DNA of 64,000 nucleotides from Marsupella aquatica (Eukaryota > Plantae > Marchantiophyta). Under the pieces are notes generated by a model. That model did not search any database. It was given only the letters and a program-made list of their open reading frames with translations, and had not been told where the DNA came from. Of the stretch, positions 23,371-37,400 are shown one piece after another. The stretch covers positions 5,356,944 through 5,420,943 of the forward strand of contig OZ316894.1 of assembly GCA_973895155.1 (NCBI GenBank). Direction: 5' to 3'. A program made the position numbers and the translations under genes. The number at the start of each line of letters is the position of its first letter. Position 1 is the stretch's first letter.

Positions 23371-26300
23371 AGAAAATTATGAAAAGTAAACAATTGTGAA
23401 TTTACCCTACTCTTTCCTGTGGCAGTGGTGAGTCCCATGGGTGCCATTGCTTGTGCGTCTGCCACTCCTCCCTTGGCCGCTCCAATCGTTGCCCCAATCG
23501 TTACTATTGTTGGCCAGTCTTGTCTTCTGCAGCCCTGTCTCCCTGCACCTGTGACATATATCTCACACTCTCAAAAAGACATCCCCTATGACATACATCT
23601 CACACTGCCAAAAAAAGACAGGAATGCCAAAGACATGGCAAAAGAACCCATTAGGGCGCCTCAAAGCTGACAATTTGATGTACCTTAACTCTTTAGTTAA
23701 GGGTTATGGACATAAAAAGTTATGGAGTACAGAAGTCATAGTCCATAACTTCTTGGGTAACCATTAGTCAATCTAGAGGTTAGTGAGAAAAAAAAACAAA
23801 AAGCACTTTTACAAAGTCTTGAAAAGTTAAGACCTATTCTTTATGACAAAAGTTCATCATTATATATCAAACTGCCAAGAAGGAGGCGCTGAACCTGGAG
23901 ACCAGGATCCCACAGGCCAAACACCCAATCAAGGGAATACAAGAAAAAGGCCAAAAGGCCAACAAAAGGTCACCATTTGTAATTTTCAGGTTTTGAGACT
24001 CTCTAATAAAGGGAAGGAAAGTGGAAGACCCCAAGAAGTCCAAGGACTGCCACATTTCCTGCTAAGCTAAGGTCAATCCCACGGTCCCCACTCCAGCTGC
24101 TGCTACTGGGATCCTTCCCTCTCTGCACAAGGCCCAAAGAATTGTTGCACAATATTTAGAATCTTACCGTACTTCTGGTTATTCGAATTGAATTCTGGAG
24201 GATTTGAATGACTGCAGGCAACCTACTGTACATCTCGGATTTTGTGGGCTCTAATATCGCCCACCTCTCTTTCAGATCTATTCTCTACAATATATCTGCT
24301 AGTCGGCCCATGACTTATCCTCCTGATCGTATTTAGCTGACTTATTAGAGCAGTTTCTGTATTGCAAATTTTATTTTTCTTTTGTAACCTGCAATTTGAA
24401 AAAAAAGTTGGCTTCCCTGTGCCTGTAATTTCCCCAATGGCTAAATTGTCAAATTTAGCCAAATGGTGTAATTCTCAGTATTGTAGAGTCTCCTTTGCTA
24501 GGCCGCTAGTTATTCTGTTTTGGAGGAGAAAAACACAATACAAAGCCCCAAACCGTGATGCAAATTCTCAGTGTGTGGGCAATTGAGGAGATCACCCCCT
24601 TCAAGAATATCAAAGATCAAGTAAACGCTTCAAGCATTTCGGGTGATTGGGAGTTTCTTCTTTTGGGTAGCGGTGGGTCTCGCTGCTGTAGTTGGCTCTT
24701 GTGTATTGTGGATGTGGCGAGCCAGGCGCTTACAAAGAAGGCAAGCGCGTGTGTTGAGGTGCACTGAGAGCAGTTTGATTGATTGGTTTCTCTCATCATA
24801 AGTTGTTACGAAACCCAGAATTCAGGCTTGAGCGGCATGAGTTGGGCATTGAGATGCCTGAATCGTCTCTCTCATTCCATGGCCCTTAAAACGGAGCAGT
24901 GTAGTTGTTGCTGCCAAGAATGGTCCTCCTCGTCTTTCCCGACGGGAGCACAATACCTGAGAAGACATCTGAGGATAGTTTTTGGAATGTTGATGCAACT
25001 TTGCCGTTTGAGAGCACATTCTTTTTCAAGAGCTTGGCTTGCATACTTTCCCCAGGCTCCATCGGATGTTAGAGGAAGGGAGAAGTTCGTGGACTTCATC
25101 CCCAGTTAACTACTCATGACTTTAGGAGAACCTATTGCTGGTAAACAGTGAGCATCAGTTGCATTTCCATTTATATCGAGGTCAGCTTTAAAATATTAAG
25201 GAGGCCGAGGACGTGTTCTAATACTGCAATTCAGCACACCTCCACCACTATATTGGATTTGCAATTAAGTGCACCGTATGCATGCATCCTCATTCCCCTT
25301 ACGTACACAGCTTCACAATGAACACAGATTCTTTGCTATCGTTAGAGAAACTCCATGACCTCTGCGAAGCAGGATCAGCAGCATGGGCCTCTAATGCCTT
25401 AGTTCCCAAAGTTCCCGTTTCCTCAATTTCAGCTCCTCATACAAAGCAGGCATTGACCCCATGTTTGATCTCTTCTCCGCAAGCACTGCTGCTGCAACAT
25501 GGGATTGCACACGAGAGGATTCGATCATCCACTAGTCTGTATTTTTCCTGTAACGAGATTGCTTACCGTAGCACCGGTCCCATAGGAGAAACAGATTGTT
25601 CTCCTCCAGCTCTCCCTTCTCCACCACCTCAGGCTCCTCCACCTTGCAGGGGAATTTTGCAGAGATGTGGGTGGGTTGGGCAGTACCACCACTCTTGATC
25701 TAAACACAAGAATATAATCATAGCAAGATGTCTCCGCGCGCCCTGCCATATCTGCTTGTATTATCCAGATAATACGGAACCTGGATGAAATTTTACGAAA
25801 TCTGGATCGTTATTCGATGTCAAAGCGGTTGCACATTCACTGCAAAGAAGGCGATAACAGAACCCATCTCAAAGAAGCGTCAGCGGTGGGCAGAGCCAGA
25901 TGTGGTACAAGTTATGTCTGGAGAGTAGCTGCTGAGTAATGCAGATCACAGCTCTTGAATCCTTGGAGGATCATAGATTCCTGATGGCATCACGCATATC
26001 AATAAGTCGATTTCGAGAGTGGAATTCAGGGCTCAGACTATCAGGCTGATAGGAAACATAAATGGAGAGTTGAGAGAGTCGAGAGGGTGGTGACACAGGC
26101 TGATGTCTCACACGCTCCTGGATCGAGATTTAAACAAGAGCATCCCACCAGTCAAAGAAGATCCAGCGTCCAAACTAGGGCATTCAATGCCACCAGTGCT
26201 TCTTCTGCAAGTGCAAATGTTCTGGAGGAGATGATGAGGAACATTATTGAGTGGGAGCATCGCTTCGCAAAGGGACAAAAGCAGACCAAGACTGGAGTAA

Positions 26301-29300
26301 GAGCTCCTCGGCTGATACATTTTTCTCTCAATTCTGTCTTAAACATGGAAGTCAATGAGTAAAATGACATGGAGATGGTAGGAAGAAAGATGACGCTAAA
26401 CGCTGCTTTCATCAACCAACGCGTTGATAAGTGAAGGTTTGACCTTCTTCTCTCACTACCCTCTTGAGACTGGTTTCGAGCCTGAAATTACTTCTGAATT
26501 TTCCTGAACGGAATCTGAATTTAAGGCATTGTCATGAAATTGGGTCTATTTTCAAATCAAATGTTCTCACTGCTATGGAGGGAATGACCTCGGTAATTCT
26601 GTGATCCAAACCGTCCATTGTCGCGATTCATTGCAAACATTATAGAGATCTTCCTTCTTTGTATTCATTACAGAAATGTTGTCGTGTTTCATCAGTCGTT
26701 TTGCGTTCACACTCGTCCCGTGACTGCTGAACATTTACGTCCAATATTGATGCTACATGTGTTACTGACAAAAATTATCATTGCAGACCAGATCTTGCCA
26801 TAAAATCATCAAAGAGACAACGACAAGAGGCTCGATCACCATACCCCATGGAAGGAATTTACTGTGTGCCTAAGGAGCAGATGAAGGTGAGCAGGGTGAG
26901 CTGCTCTAGCAGTAATATTCGGACTAGGAGCCTGAATGACAGGAGGACATCAGCAACATTGCTTCAGGGAAAAAATCTTGCAGAATCCAACGACCCAGTG
27001 GCCCCCCAGAGATGTATGGAGGCCAGTAAGGACTTGTCAAGGAGCATCAGAAGATCCAGGACCAGCTTTGTAGTTTTGCACAGGTACAGCTAGCAAATGG
27101 GTGTGAGTAAAGCAACAAGCTCCCATGATTCTTGGTCTCTTCTCTACTGGGTGGGTATGCGTTGCGTGTTCAGGGCAAGGGGGAAGCGGGTGCGTGTTAC
27201 CTGTTCATGAAGACAGAAGTTCAAGGTTTCATAACATTGTGGGCTGAACGTGCCTATTTCAAATTAAGTTGATGACTGATATAATTCACACACCACTGAC
27301 ACAGTTCAGTCCTCAAATGGGGATTACTTTTGTTTTTCTTCCAATTTCAAGGAGTTAGGGCAAGGATTACACGCACACACATAAACACGGGACTTGAGCG
27401 ACGCCGACACTTTCCGATGGTTTACCATGTTTACTATGGTATTCTGGTAGCATGTAGTATGCGTGCAAGTAATTGGATTAGATCTGTGTCTTCAGGTATC
27501 ACCAGAGTTCCCCTCTTCAATAAATTTATACGGAATGAAACCCACTTGGCTGAGCCTTCATCGGGTAAGGTCAGGACTCAGGAACCTTTTCAAGCTATGG
27601 AACTTTACACGATGTGGGCGTCCTTCCTTAGCAAGTCACTCAGTTGGCAACTGGAGAAGAGGTAACCTGATGTTTTTTTTCGAATTCGGCCCAGCCTAGA
27701 GCTCTTTGCTAGTGCTCTGTGATGGCAATGAGTTTACTAATGACATTGTGGTCTGCAACAATATGCAACAAACATTGGAGAAGATCCAAAAGCAAATCCA
27801 GTGAGCATAGCATGGAGATTGAGATATTAATACATTGTTCGAGTTAACGCGGGTCTCTTGTGATTTCATTTGATATAGACTTTTAACGTATTTCGCATCC
27901 ATGTCTTTCGTAGCCCCGCACCAAACGGAGAGGCGTGATTTCAAAACAGCCGTCCAGTCTTGGGTGGTGAACTCAGCCGCGTTGGCTTTAGTCTGTGCTG
28001 TTACTTTAAAGTAAACTAGGAGAGTTTTCCTGAGTTTCGCTCCCGATCGATCAATCATGCTGGACTGCAATAAACTATCTGTGCATTGACAACAAAAGCT
28101 TTCGTGAAGAGCTGCGAGTATACCCGTCAGGTTTGCAACAGCAATAGCTCTTCTACTAATCGACATCTACCTATCATGGAAGTCCGATGTCTACCAATTG
28201 GGATTTACCGCAGCGAATTACTCGTGAATGACCTTGTGGAAGGAGGTCTGAAAGCCAACGCCGACTCTGAACGTTGCAGAGGTCATATGAACTCTATTGC
28301 ACTCGTCTCGTTTTATGACAGAGATCGCATGTTGAGAAGTCATGAGAAGACTATCTTTGGGGTGACTTGTGCATTGGTTGACAGATAAGCAAGTTTAGTG
28401 GTACAAGAGCAACGCCAATGCACTCAGCTCTCGTCCTCTCAATACCGAAGGAGGTCAAATGAGGCAAAGTCGAGGCTATCAACGACTTTGGTTTGTGTTG
28501 CTCTCACCAAGTGAAGCTTTCCAATAACCGTTGAGTCTGCCATCAACAAGAAACCACTGTCAAGTGCAATCAAATAATCAGCAGGGATGACATTTATTCA
28601 GTTCTCTCTTTCACAGCCGTGATAAGGTGAGTATCAGATCGCAAAGTACTTACAGATTTTACGCAACTGTGCATGGATGAATTTTAGGATTAGAGAAGAA
28701 TACGTAACAATTGAGTTCAAACAAAACATAGGTTCTCGAATATTTAATCCGAGTAAAAAGCCTACTCACGGACAGTCGTTTACATTTCTTCTAATGTAAT
28801 TCTGTTCCAACACATCTCTATCAGTATGGACATTTCAAAGTGTAATGAAAGAGACTAGTTAGAACGTAAAAGTTTAGGTCGATCTTCAATTGAATAAAGA
28901 TCATTTCAGCGTCCGTCCATGGCGAGATGCATTGTTCACATTGGAATTCTAGCAGCACTCCTTTCGAAATACACAGAATAGCGCCAATGCACAAGTCAGT
29001 AAGGTAGCAGCAAAAAAACAATTCGGAACACGTGAATCGATATCACAGCCGATGTATGGAGATGACTGCACTTGGAGATTAGATTGCACCATTGAGAGTA
29101 GAATGGACATACGAATCAATCATTTCTTCCATCTAAATCAAACAAATACAAGTACAATTGTGCAAATCTTGTTGATGTTTCCCAAGCCGAACAGCTCGTA
29201 AGTAAATCATCCCACTAGGGTTCCCCATCTACAAAGGTCTTCAATTATCCGGCCACATCATCTTTTACATCTCGGAAAAGCAATAGACACTGTACAGGTC

Positions 29301-29692
29301 GATGAAGTTGATTGGAAGTACTGGAATGCTCAGCATCCGGAGCAAGTAAATAATTGAACCCTAACTCTGTTCATACCTTACTATACAGATGGATAGGCAA
29401 TCGATTGGGAGAACAACATTACATCCCTAACACAAGGATCAAGGGGACGAATTGAAGTGATTAAAATATTTCCTGAGGCCGCACCCGGCTGATCAGGGAT
29501 ACTGTACAGCACGGTTGAAGACAAAACCGCAGCTCGTGCAAAATTTGCTCGAACAATAATACAGCTGAATGCTGGAGATTTGAACTCTATTCGCAGTAGA
29601 AGTACAATTCGGGGGATCTAATCCACTCAAACGGAGTGACAGATTCATTATTTGATAAGTCAAAGCTAGTAGTGAATTTGGGAGTGAAGGAG

Positions 29693-31198
29693 TTAGCAAG
29701 GTCCATATGCCCATCCGTGTTCATCCAAATAGGTTTGCACCGCCTCCCTGATGGCCAAGTTGGGAACAATCTGAGCCAGAGTAAGAGGAGCCCGGGTAAT
29801 CGGATCGAATGGACCCCCCTTCCGAATATGATCCAAAATGGCAGCTCTCTCATACGTGATGCCACTGGGAGTGATGACCGGGTCTCGGAAGATGTCCATC
29901 GTGATCTTACAGCACAAATGGTCTGGAACCTCAACTGGTATGTCTGGAGCTGCCGCTTTCTCGAAGACTTCCTCGAGAACTCTGCTCCGCCGCTGGTAGC
30001 GCTCGCTTAATCTGAGTAGCTCCTGACCGGCCTCGTTTTGGTGCAATTTCATGAACTCCTTGAAGACTTTGAAGACGTCGTAAATGGAATGGGAGGTGGG
30101 TGACCCGCTGCTGTCGCTGGAGCTGGTATTTGAGGAATTGCTCTCAGCCGGACCTCGTGCGGGTGGCTCTACGGATGCTGTTTGTGGCGCTGGATCGGAT
30201 CTAATTGCAGGATAAAGTCCTGGCTTAGCTGGTGCAACTGGTGTTGGTTGGGATTCTTTTCTACTCGTTGCTGCAGCTGCGGGTGACCCTGGTGGCTTTT
30301 CAAAACTATCATCAGTCGAGACTGAGAATCTTTCACTTCTTTGACGGCGGATTGATACGCTGTTTCCCCGGCGCAGAGATTTAGACATTTTGTGCTGTTT
30401 TAAAGGATCAAAAGCCGTCTGTTCCCCAACTGCAGCCTCTTCAGTCTCCTTCTGGATCACACTGGGGGGTTCACTCTGTGAGCGGTATAGTCTGTCCAGC
30501 TCCGAATCTGTGTGAATTGGAAGAAATTGGTTCCACCATAACCCAGACTTCTTGCTTTGCTTACTGTTATTGCTACCGCTACCTTGTCTCGAGCCGCTGT
30601 TCAGTCGGATGAGATCATCCACTTCCTTTTGCGAAGGACCGCTGGAATACTGACCAGCGGTGGTGCCAGCCTTGATACTAGCTATCGCTTCATTGAGCTT
30701 TCTATCATAGTCTTCACGGAGCAGCTGAGAGAGATGCAACTTGAGGTCCAGCTGGTGCCGTAGTTTGACTTCGGAGAGCGCCTCCCACTCGGCGAGTTTG
30801 GCCTTTGCAAGCTCTTGCCAGATCTCAGGCACCAAGTAGCTCCCTTCAGCTCCCCGGCCCAGGGCCATGGCCTTCTCCAGCTGCTTGACGGCTTCCTCAT
30901 ACTGTTGGTAGTGGACCAGCGCTAGTCCCAGAAGGTAATACGCTTTGACGCAACGGCTGTCGAGCTCCAGCGCTCGGCGGCAATCGGCCTCCACTTTCTC
31001 CCATTGCTCTCTCTTCCGCTCACATATTGCACGATTCGTCCAGTACAGTGGTACACCGGGGCATAGCGTTATGGCCTCAGTGTAGGCATCGATAGCAGCG
31101 CCGAGCTTTTCTTTCTTGAAGTACTGGTTCCCCTTGTCCTTCAAGAGGTCGGCTTGCTTCTCCGCGCTAAGGACCCCCATGCTCGGCTGCATGGGCAT
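29693..31198 (-). CDS. CHIP: CHIP/STUB1-type U-box E3 ubiquitin ligase with N-terminal TPRs (501 aa, single exon)
   Basis: TPR region LKDKGNQYFKKEKLGAAIDAYTEAI..YWTNRA..VKAYYLLGLAL and U-box VPDHLCCKITMDIFRDPVITPSGITYERAAIL..FDPITR..VPNLAIREAV..HGWAY. The ORF is uninterrupted. Confidence 0.95.
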   Translation of the reverse strand: MPMQPSMGVLSAEKQADLLKDKGNQYFKKEKLGAAIDAYTEAITLCPGVPLYWTNRAICERKREQWEKVEADCRRALELDSRCVKAYYLLGLALVHYQQYEEAVKQLEKAMALGRGAEGSYLVPEIWQELAKAKLAEWEALSEVKLRHQLDLKLHLSQLLREDYDRKLNEAIASIKAGTTAGQYSSGPSQKEVDDLIRLNSGSRQGSGSNNSKQSKKSGLWWNQFLPIHTDSELDRLYRSQSEPPSVIQKETEEAAVGEQTAFDPLKQHKMSKSLRRGNSVSIRRQRSERFSVSTDDSFEKPPGSPAAAATSRKESQPTPVAPAKPGLYPAIRSDPAPQTASVEPPARGPAESNSSNTSSSDSSGSPTSHSIYDVFKVFKEFMKLHQNEAGQELLRLSERYQRRSRVLEEVFEKAAAPDIPVEVPDHLCCKITMDIFRDPVITPSGITYERAAILDHIRKGGPFDPITRAPLTLAQIVPNLAIREAVQTYLDEHGWAYGPC

Positions 31199-32737
31199 GT
31201 CAGTTCCTAATAACCCTTCGAAAGTCTTCAGAAATCAAGCTTCTGAGATGACCTGGGTGCTGGGCCCCGGAGTGATGGATAAGATTGGTTCCTCGATTCA
31301 CTGCCAATTTCGAAGTGCTCCGCAGAAATTGCGGCCAAAACTATTCACAGAAAAGGACGAGCACTCCCGAGACAAAATTCGACAAGTTGGAGCGGGTACG
31401 AATTGACGAGTCCAGCGCGCTGCTGGTTTAAGTAATTTCCGCCGTCCAGGAAGTGCTCAGTCACGAGAAACAACCTACTCGAGCAATTTGTTAGCCTACT
31501 CTGCCGAAATATTCAATCGGAGGTGTACAGCCTCGAGATAGGAATCAGGCCACTATACTAAATGAGAAAGCTCACGAAGTACTCACAGGAATCAAATTCT
31601 CTCAAGCTTGCAATAACCTAATTTACATGAGTGTACAAGATATGAATGGATTGAACAAATCGTAAGTCTTCCCAAGAAATTGTCTCGAGCAATCGATAGC
31701 CAACTAACTCTAAACCGAAGGTTTCCGTCTTTGCGATGGGACTGGATAATCTAATTTGAACAGTTCTGTGCTCACAGAAATTTTCTAGAGAGGGCTCGCC
31801 CACCCTGCTTGCACGTAATCACAACCCCACAGCCTTGGCCGCAAAGAGTACCCCGACCAGGAATGAATTGAACCACCTCGAGCAGTCCAGAAAGTACCTC
31901 AGAGCAAATTCTCTCTTGCCAGGTTCAGTTTCCGCCACAGCACCCCACTGGAGCTGGAAACGAACAACGCTATCAATCCGGTGATACTCCCTCTCATCAA
32001 GCCCATGCGTGATCCAGAGCCTTACTGGACGAATGTCAATACCCATCACACATTTCCACGTCGACAGGTGACAAGCAACAAAACAGTACAAAAAAACACT
32101 ATACAATCCAGATGGCGCAGAATCAACCACCAGGAACGAAACCGTTCCTTCAAGCCAATAATGTGTCCTTTTCAGACAACGGAAAGGCCAAGTTCCGTGT
32201 GGGCTACTACAGCAAACACGGCTCAGTGCGGGCATAGAAACTCTCAGCATCCTCGGACCGTCGCCCTTCGGTACCGCGTCAATCCAGGATTCCAGGTGAC
32301 CGCCATCACCACGCGTACTCAGGAAGAAATCATGGGTGATGCATGGAAGACACGCAAGCTGGGTCCCGTTCGCCTGTGCTGGACGAAGGGCAAAGGAAAG
32401 CTGCGCTGTAGACCTTGCTCGAGTCAAATCACTCTGTCGCCATGGCGACAATCGCTTGGTGAGGTGCTCCCGTCCTCCGCCATCGAGGTGACCCAAACAC
32501 CATCGCCACCGTACGAAGTAGATGAGGAAGCACGTCGGCTCAGTACAGTGTTGACTCCTAGTCATCGACGCATCCTTGCTTTTGACAAAAGTTGCGTATT
32601 TTTGTTCCAACTCCCTTTTTTCTTTTGGAAAGTGTAAAACTTTTGGAAATATATAGATATACGAGCCCTATGCCAGTGCGGCACACTTTGCAAGGAGGGC
32701 CGCCCATAGGGAGTGGCCGGGCAATTTATGGCGGAAA

Positions 32738-32978
32738 GGGAAGCACATATGTGTTAGGGATGTACATTTCTTTTATTAATAAAAAAATAGTTAATTAATA
32801 CAACTATTGTGAATCTTTCTCACCTAGAAGCTTTTTTGTATTAGTATTAACTACTAGGGCAATGGGAAACACATATGTGTTAGGGGTGCATATTTATTCC
32901 ATCAATGAAGAAAATAGTTAAGTAAATCCAACAATTGTGAATCTTTCCCACCTATGAGCTTTTTTGTATTAGAATTAA
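32738..32978. repeat. Imperfect tandem duplication of ~125 bp
   Basis: CACATATGTGTTAGGG...ATTGTGAATCTTTC...AGCTTTTTTGTATTAG occurs twice. Confidence 0.8.
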
Positions 32979-35919
32979 AGACTAAAAAAGACAAGAACCC
33001 TTATTATAGTTGTAGATAGAGTGTATAAGTGCATTGTGAATAAGTGCCAGCCCTTTTTTGTTAAGGTTTTTTTTATATTAGCTAGTGTGGGCTAATGTGA
33101 GTCTCTCTAACGGAGGAGATACTACAAATATTATTTATCAATTTTTCATGGATTATATCCTGACCGTCAGATATCTCTTGATTTACGGACTATCTTAGAT
33201 TCTGGCAAATGGGGTCCATGATTTGGTGAGAAAGTGGCAAATGGCATAAAAGAATCTAGCAAATTTTAGCCAAAAGTGGCAAAAACTTTTGGGGGAGGTG
33301 AAATTTGGCAAAAAATAAGCTTATAAGTGCATTTAGAAGATATATATAATGTATAAGTGCAGCATGGAATAGTGCAAAACCAACCATGTCGTCCCCTAAT
33401 ATACATATATTTATTTATTTCAATACATCCGAGAGACTCCACACAAAGGAGGAACAAGCACTGAAGGCCCACTGAAGGCCAGGGTGAGCCAAAACGACCC
33501 AAGAACACTACCCCTCTAGTAGGAAGTGTCCTGGTAATTGCTCATCAAAATATGATAATATATACTCTACAACATCACTCAGTATCATGATAACTTACTT
33601 ATTCTATTTTAATCACTAAGTGTGCACCATGGATTACCACATTTTGATGTGCAATTTACCAGGACACTGATAGGACCCTGGCAGCCGGAGTCAACTGATC
33701 CACTAATTGCAGGATCAAAAGACAGTCATGGTCCTAACCTAAACAAGTGCTACTCAGCTATTTTGTTTAAAAAGAGTCCCACTAAGAGTGGGATCTATCT
33801 AAATCTCTTTGTTAGCACATAGCAGTCCGGTATATTATGTTGTCCCTTAATATTACAGGAATTTCACATAAACATTAATTATGTTTTGCCCGCAATCTTG
33901 GGTTAAATACCAATGACTCGACTATGTTCACTGCCTCGAGCCCCACTTGACCATGGTTAGCACACTTTGCAGATATCTCTATTGTCAAAACAATTGTGTC
34001 CATTCAAGCTTTGGCATGTTTCTATTTTGTTATGAATGCAAACTTTACATATTCGCCATTAAAAGGTCAGGTTTTGTGGGGATTTGGCTGTTTTGGTTAA
34101 TTTTACCTTGTCACTCCAAGCCTACAAAGCTTAGAGGTATACGCACACCCCTAAAGGTTCAGTGACCAATGTCTACTATACCAGACACTTACCCAATTCT
34201 ATGAAGGTGCCAAAAATAGTGTCAGCCCCATTTTGGAGACAATCACCAGCAGTACCCCCATATTCAACCTCCACCCTTTATAGCGGAGTTTGAACTGTGG
34301 TAGACTGTTGAAACTGGCTGGCATTCTTCACCGCATACATATTCTGGTGGCATATCTAGTTAGCTTTTGGTGCAATATTTAGGGAACTCTGAGATGCAAA
34401 TGCATGGTACGCAGTTTGTCTGTTGAGCATGATGGGGGACTTTTCACGGATCATGGGCAACCGCCATGCCAGTCAAATGTGGTATCTGCCTATATGGGGT
34501 GATGGTGGGAACACATGCCTGGAAAACTAAGTGGCTGCTAGCTCTCTAACCACTGTGTATGGTTCCTTGAAATCCGATTCAATCATGAAACTCAACAAAA
34601 CCTGCTGCCTGTTGACAGCCAAAACTTTGGGAGATGTCCAATCAAGTAGAGTTCCTTGGTATACAATGGAGAACAGCAACAACCACTCAAAAAGAGCCAC
34701 TCAAGGGGTCTCAAATCCACACAACACTGACAAAGGTATGGCAATTGATCATATTCACATGTAGAGAACTATGAATTCATGGAGAAAATGAACTGCAACT
34801 AGGCAATTGCCATCACTGTGGACGCAATGGGACGTAATGGGTCTAGTGCAGGTTAACGTGTAGCTGGTTGGGTTGATGGAAGTAGGTTTGATTCAGTCAG
34901 GGTATATGGATCTCCGTCAGCTGCCTGTTGGGCACTCCAACATAGAGATTAAAGAAAAAGAAGTTAGTTGCGTGTCAGGAACGCGGTAGCAAAGATTATA
35001 CAAAGGGAACTAGGCATTTACCAAATCAACTTTTAATTATATTGTCACTAGAGATTTTCAATTTACAATATGGTCACTATTTTCATAATTGTATTTAAAA
35101 AAAGCCACAATTTTTGTGTTATCCTGGTTATGTTAATGAATTAGCAAGTGAATTAGGTATCCATGTGGTCACATCATTAAATTTGTCATTCTTTATACAA
35201 AGTTGTGATAAATTTATAAATACAAAAACTAGTATGTGGGTCCAGCTGCTCAATCTTTTCTAATGCATTCATTGTGGTATATACATTATTTTAAAATTAA
35301 GTGGACATAATTTATATGAATAAATTCAAAAACTCATCAACCTGCCACCATGCTCAATCCCTCCAAATTTAGTTTATCTTACTTTTGTGGGTGAGAAGTA
35401 ATCTTGGTCATTTCTTTTTCCTATTCATTAGATTTGCCAAAAATCCAGACCCTATTAACCCTTGGCACCTCCTTTGCCTAACACGAGGATCTGCCTTGCA
35501 GTCTGTTCATGCCCTCCCTTGCGCGGGGCTTGAGCAGAAAGGAAAGAGATAGAAAAGCAAACACTAATAGTCATGAATAGTTTGTTGTCACAATCATCCA
35601 AGTTACTCTTTGTGATGGAAACTTTGATGTGGCCAAGTGTGGCGCCAGCAATTTTAGAAGGAGGTTCTAGTGGGGTACCTTATTATTTTCAACCCTTGCC
35701 GGTCTCCATCTGTCTCTCATGCCCTTTTCCTCCCTTATGGAATCCTCATTACAACTGCCACCTCGTTTGTCTACTTGACATGTCAAACTGTTCATCACAA
35801 TAGTGAGCAAGGGTTCATTTGAACAAAGTAGCTATGCAATCATTAGCAATTAATTGACTCTAGATATTTTGTTTGGACTATGTTGTTTGTTTGGGGAAGT
35901 GTACTCTATTCATAATTAG

Positions 35920-36945
35920 TTTGAAGACCCCTTGTTATGTAAGCTTGTTTTATTGAACTATTTGGAGCCATGAAGAGTTGCATATTGGAATAGATAGATG
36001 AGAGAATAAATATTAAATGAAGGATTTTAAATGAAGTGAGTTTTAAAGGTACAATAGTTAAGACAAGTTTATTGAAAACAAATAGTACATTCATGGTAAT
36101 AGGGAGGATAATTCTCCATGCTAAATATTTCCCTTAGTATCTTCATGTCTATACAATACATGTAATGTTCATTCCTTATGGTTCATGCAAAATATTACTT
36201 TGTCCATAGTAGTTGAAAGGTCTTAGAGTCCCTTGGTATTCCTCCACGTGTAGTAGTTGTGGTATTTGTTACCTTTGCTTGTTACCCTCTATCCATAGTA
36301 GCCAAAGGGTTTCCTAAGTCATCTAGATAAATGTTAGAGAAGTTGAGAAGTTTCTTGGATTTTATATGTTACTTTCATAAATGTAGCAAAGTTGAAAAGT
36401 TTCTTGGGATTCATATGTTACCTTAGTAAATGTTAGAGTAGTTGAAGAGTTTCTTTTTATTTGCCATTATTTCAAAATTATGTAAATTAAATAGAAATTG
36501 AATTAAATTACCAAAAAATATTGATATATCAAACACAACTCTTCCAAAATCTATTTCTCTCATCCCTATTTTATCTTTTTTTTGTTTACTTAAAATGTTA
36601 TTTTTCAGTTTTCCATTGTTTTTGCATTTATGGGGTCTAATCATTTTTTTTCAATTAGACCCCATAACTCCCTCAAACACAATAGTCAAGATTAGTTTTT
36701 CTTGCATAACTAATAGTTCTTGTTTGTGATAAATTATGCTTATATGCTTGCATGTGCATCCAAAATTTTTGGAATGAACTTATCATGAGGGTCAGTAATG
36801 ACTTGTCTAGTACTAACAAATTTAAAAGAATAAAATTCTTATCAATCTCATTAATGACAAATCTTACTTATAAAATCTCAACTATAAGCTAGAGTTGGGC
36901 CTAGGCTTCTAGAGTGAAATCTCTAGACAATAATTCCATGGCCCA
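35920..36945. mobile_element. Dispersed repeat or DNA-transposon relic, copy 2
   Basis: Colinear similarity to 22720-23370, plus a terminal segment inverted relative to 22585-22640. Confidence 0.6.
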
Positions 36946-37172
36946 CCATGTGGACGGCAAAACTCATGGCTATTATATATGTCAAATGATAATGATACAT
37001 GCTTTTTGTGATGATTTCTATTTACATTCAAAAAATGGGCTATATGGCCCTCCTATAACATGTGCATAGAAAGAGGGTGGTATGTTATGTATGATTATTA
37101 AAATGGGTATATGCATGATGGTTTTATAATCATTTTAATATTCATAAAATGAATAGTACGTGAATATTCTTT

Positions 37173-37400
37173 GGTGACACTTTTATTGTCCTCTCCGCTA
37201 TTCACATTCACGGAAGGGATAGTCGATGCTAGTCTAAAAAACCCATAAGTGTAGAATCATAATTAGCATGTTGACGGGCATGTTGACGAGAGACTGAGGT
37301 TACATGGTGACACTTTTATTGTCCTCTCCGCAATTCACGTTCAAAGAAGGGGTAATTGGGACTAGTCCAAGAAAACCCATAAGTGTAGAATCATAATTAG
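37173..37400. repeat. Imperfect direct duplication (~95 bp core, ~134 bp spacing)
   Basis: GGTGACACTTTTATTGTCCTCTCCGC...AAAACCCATAAGTGTAGAATCATAATTAG occurs twice. Confidence 0.85.

Noticed and set aside
31819-32637. Overlapping 263-aa (-) and 218-aa (+) ORFs
   Set aside because: No recognisable domain in either. The region is best read as the 5' leader or promoter of CHIP.
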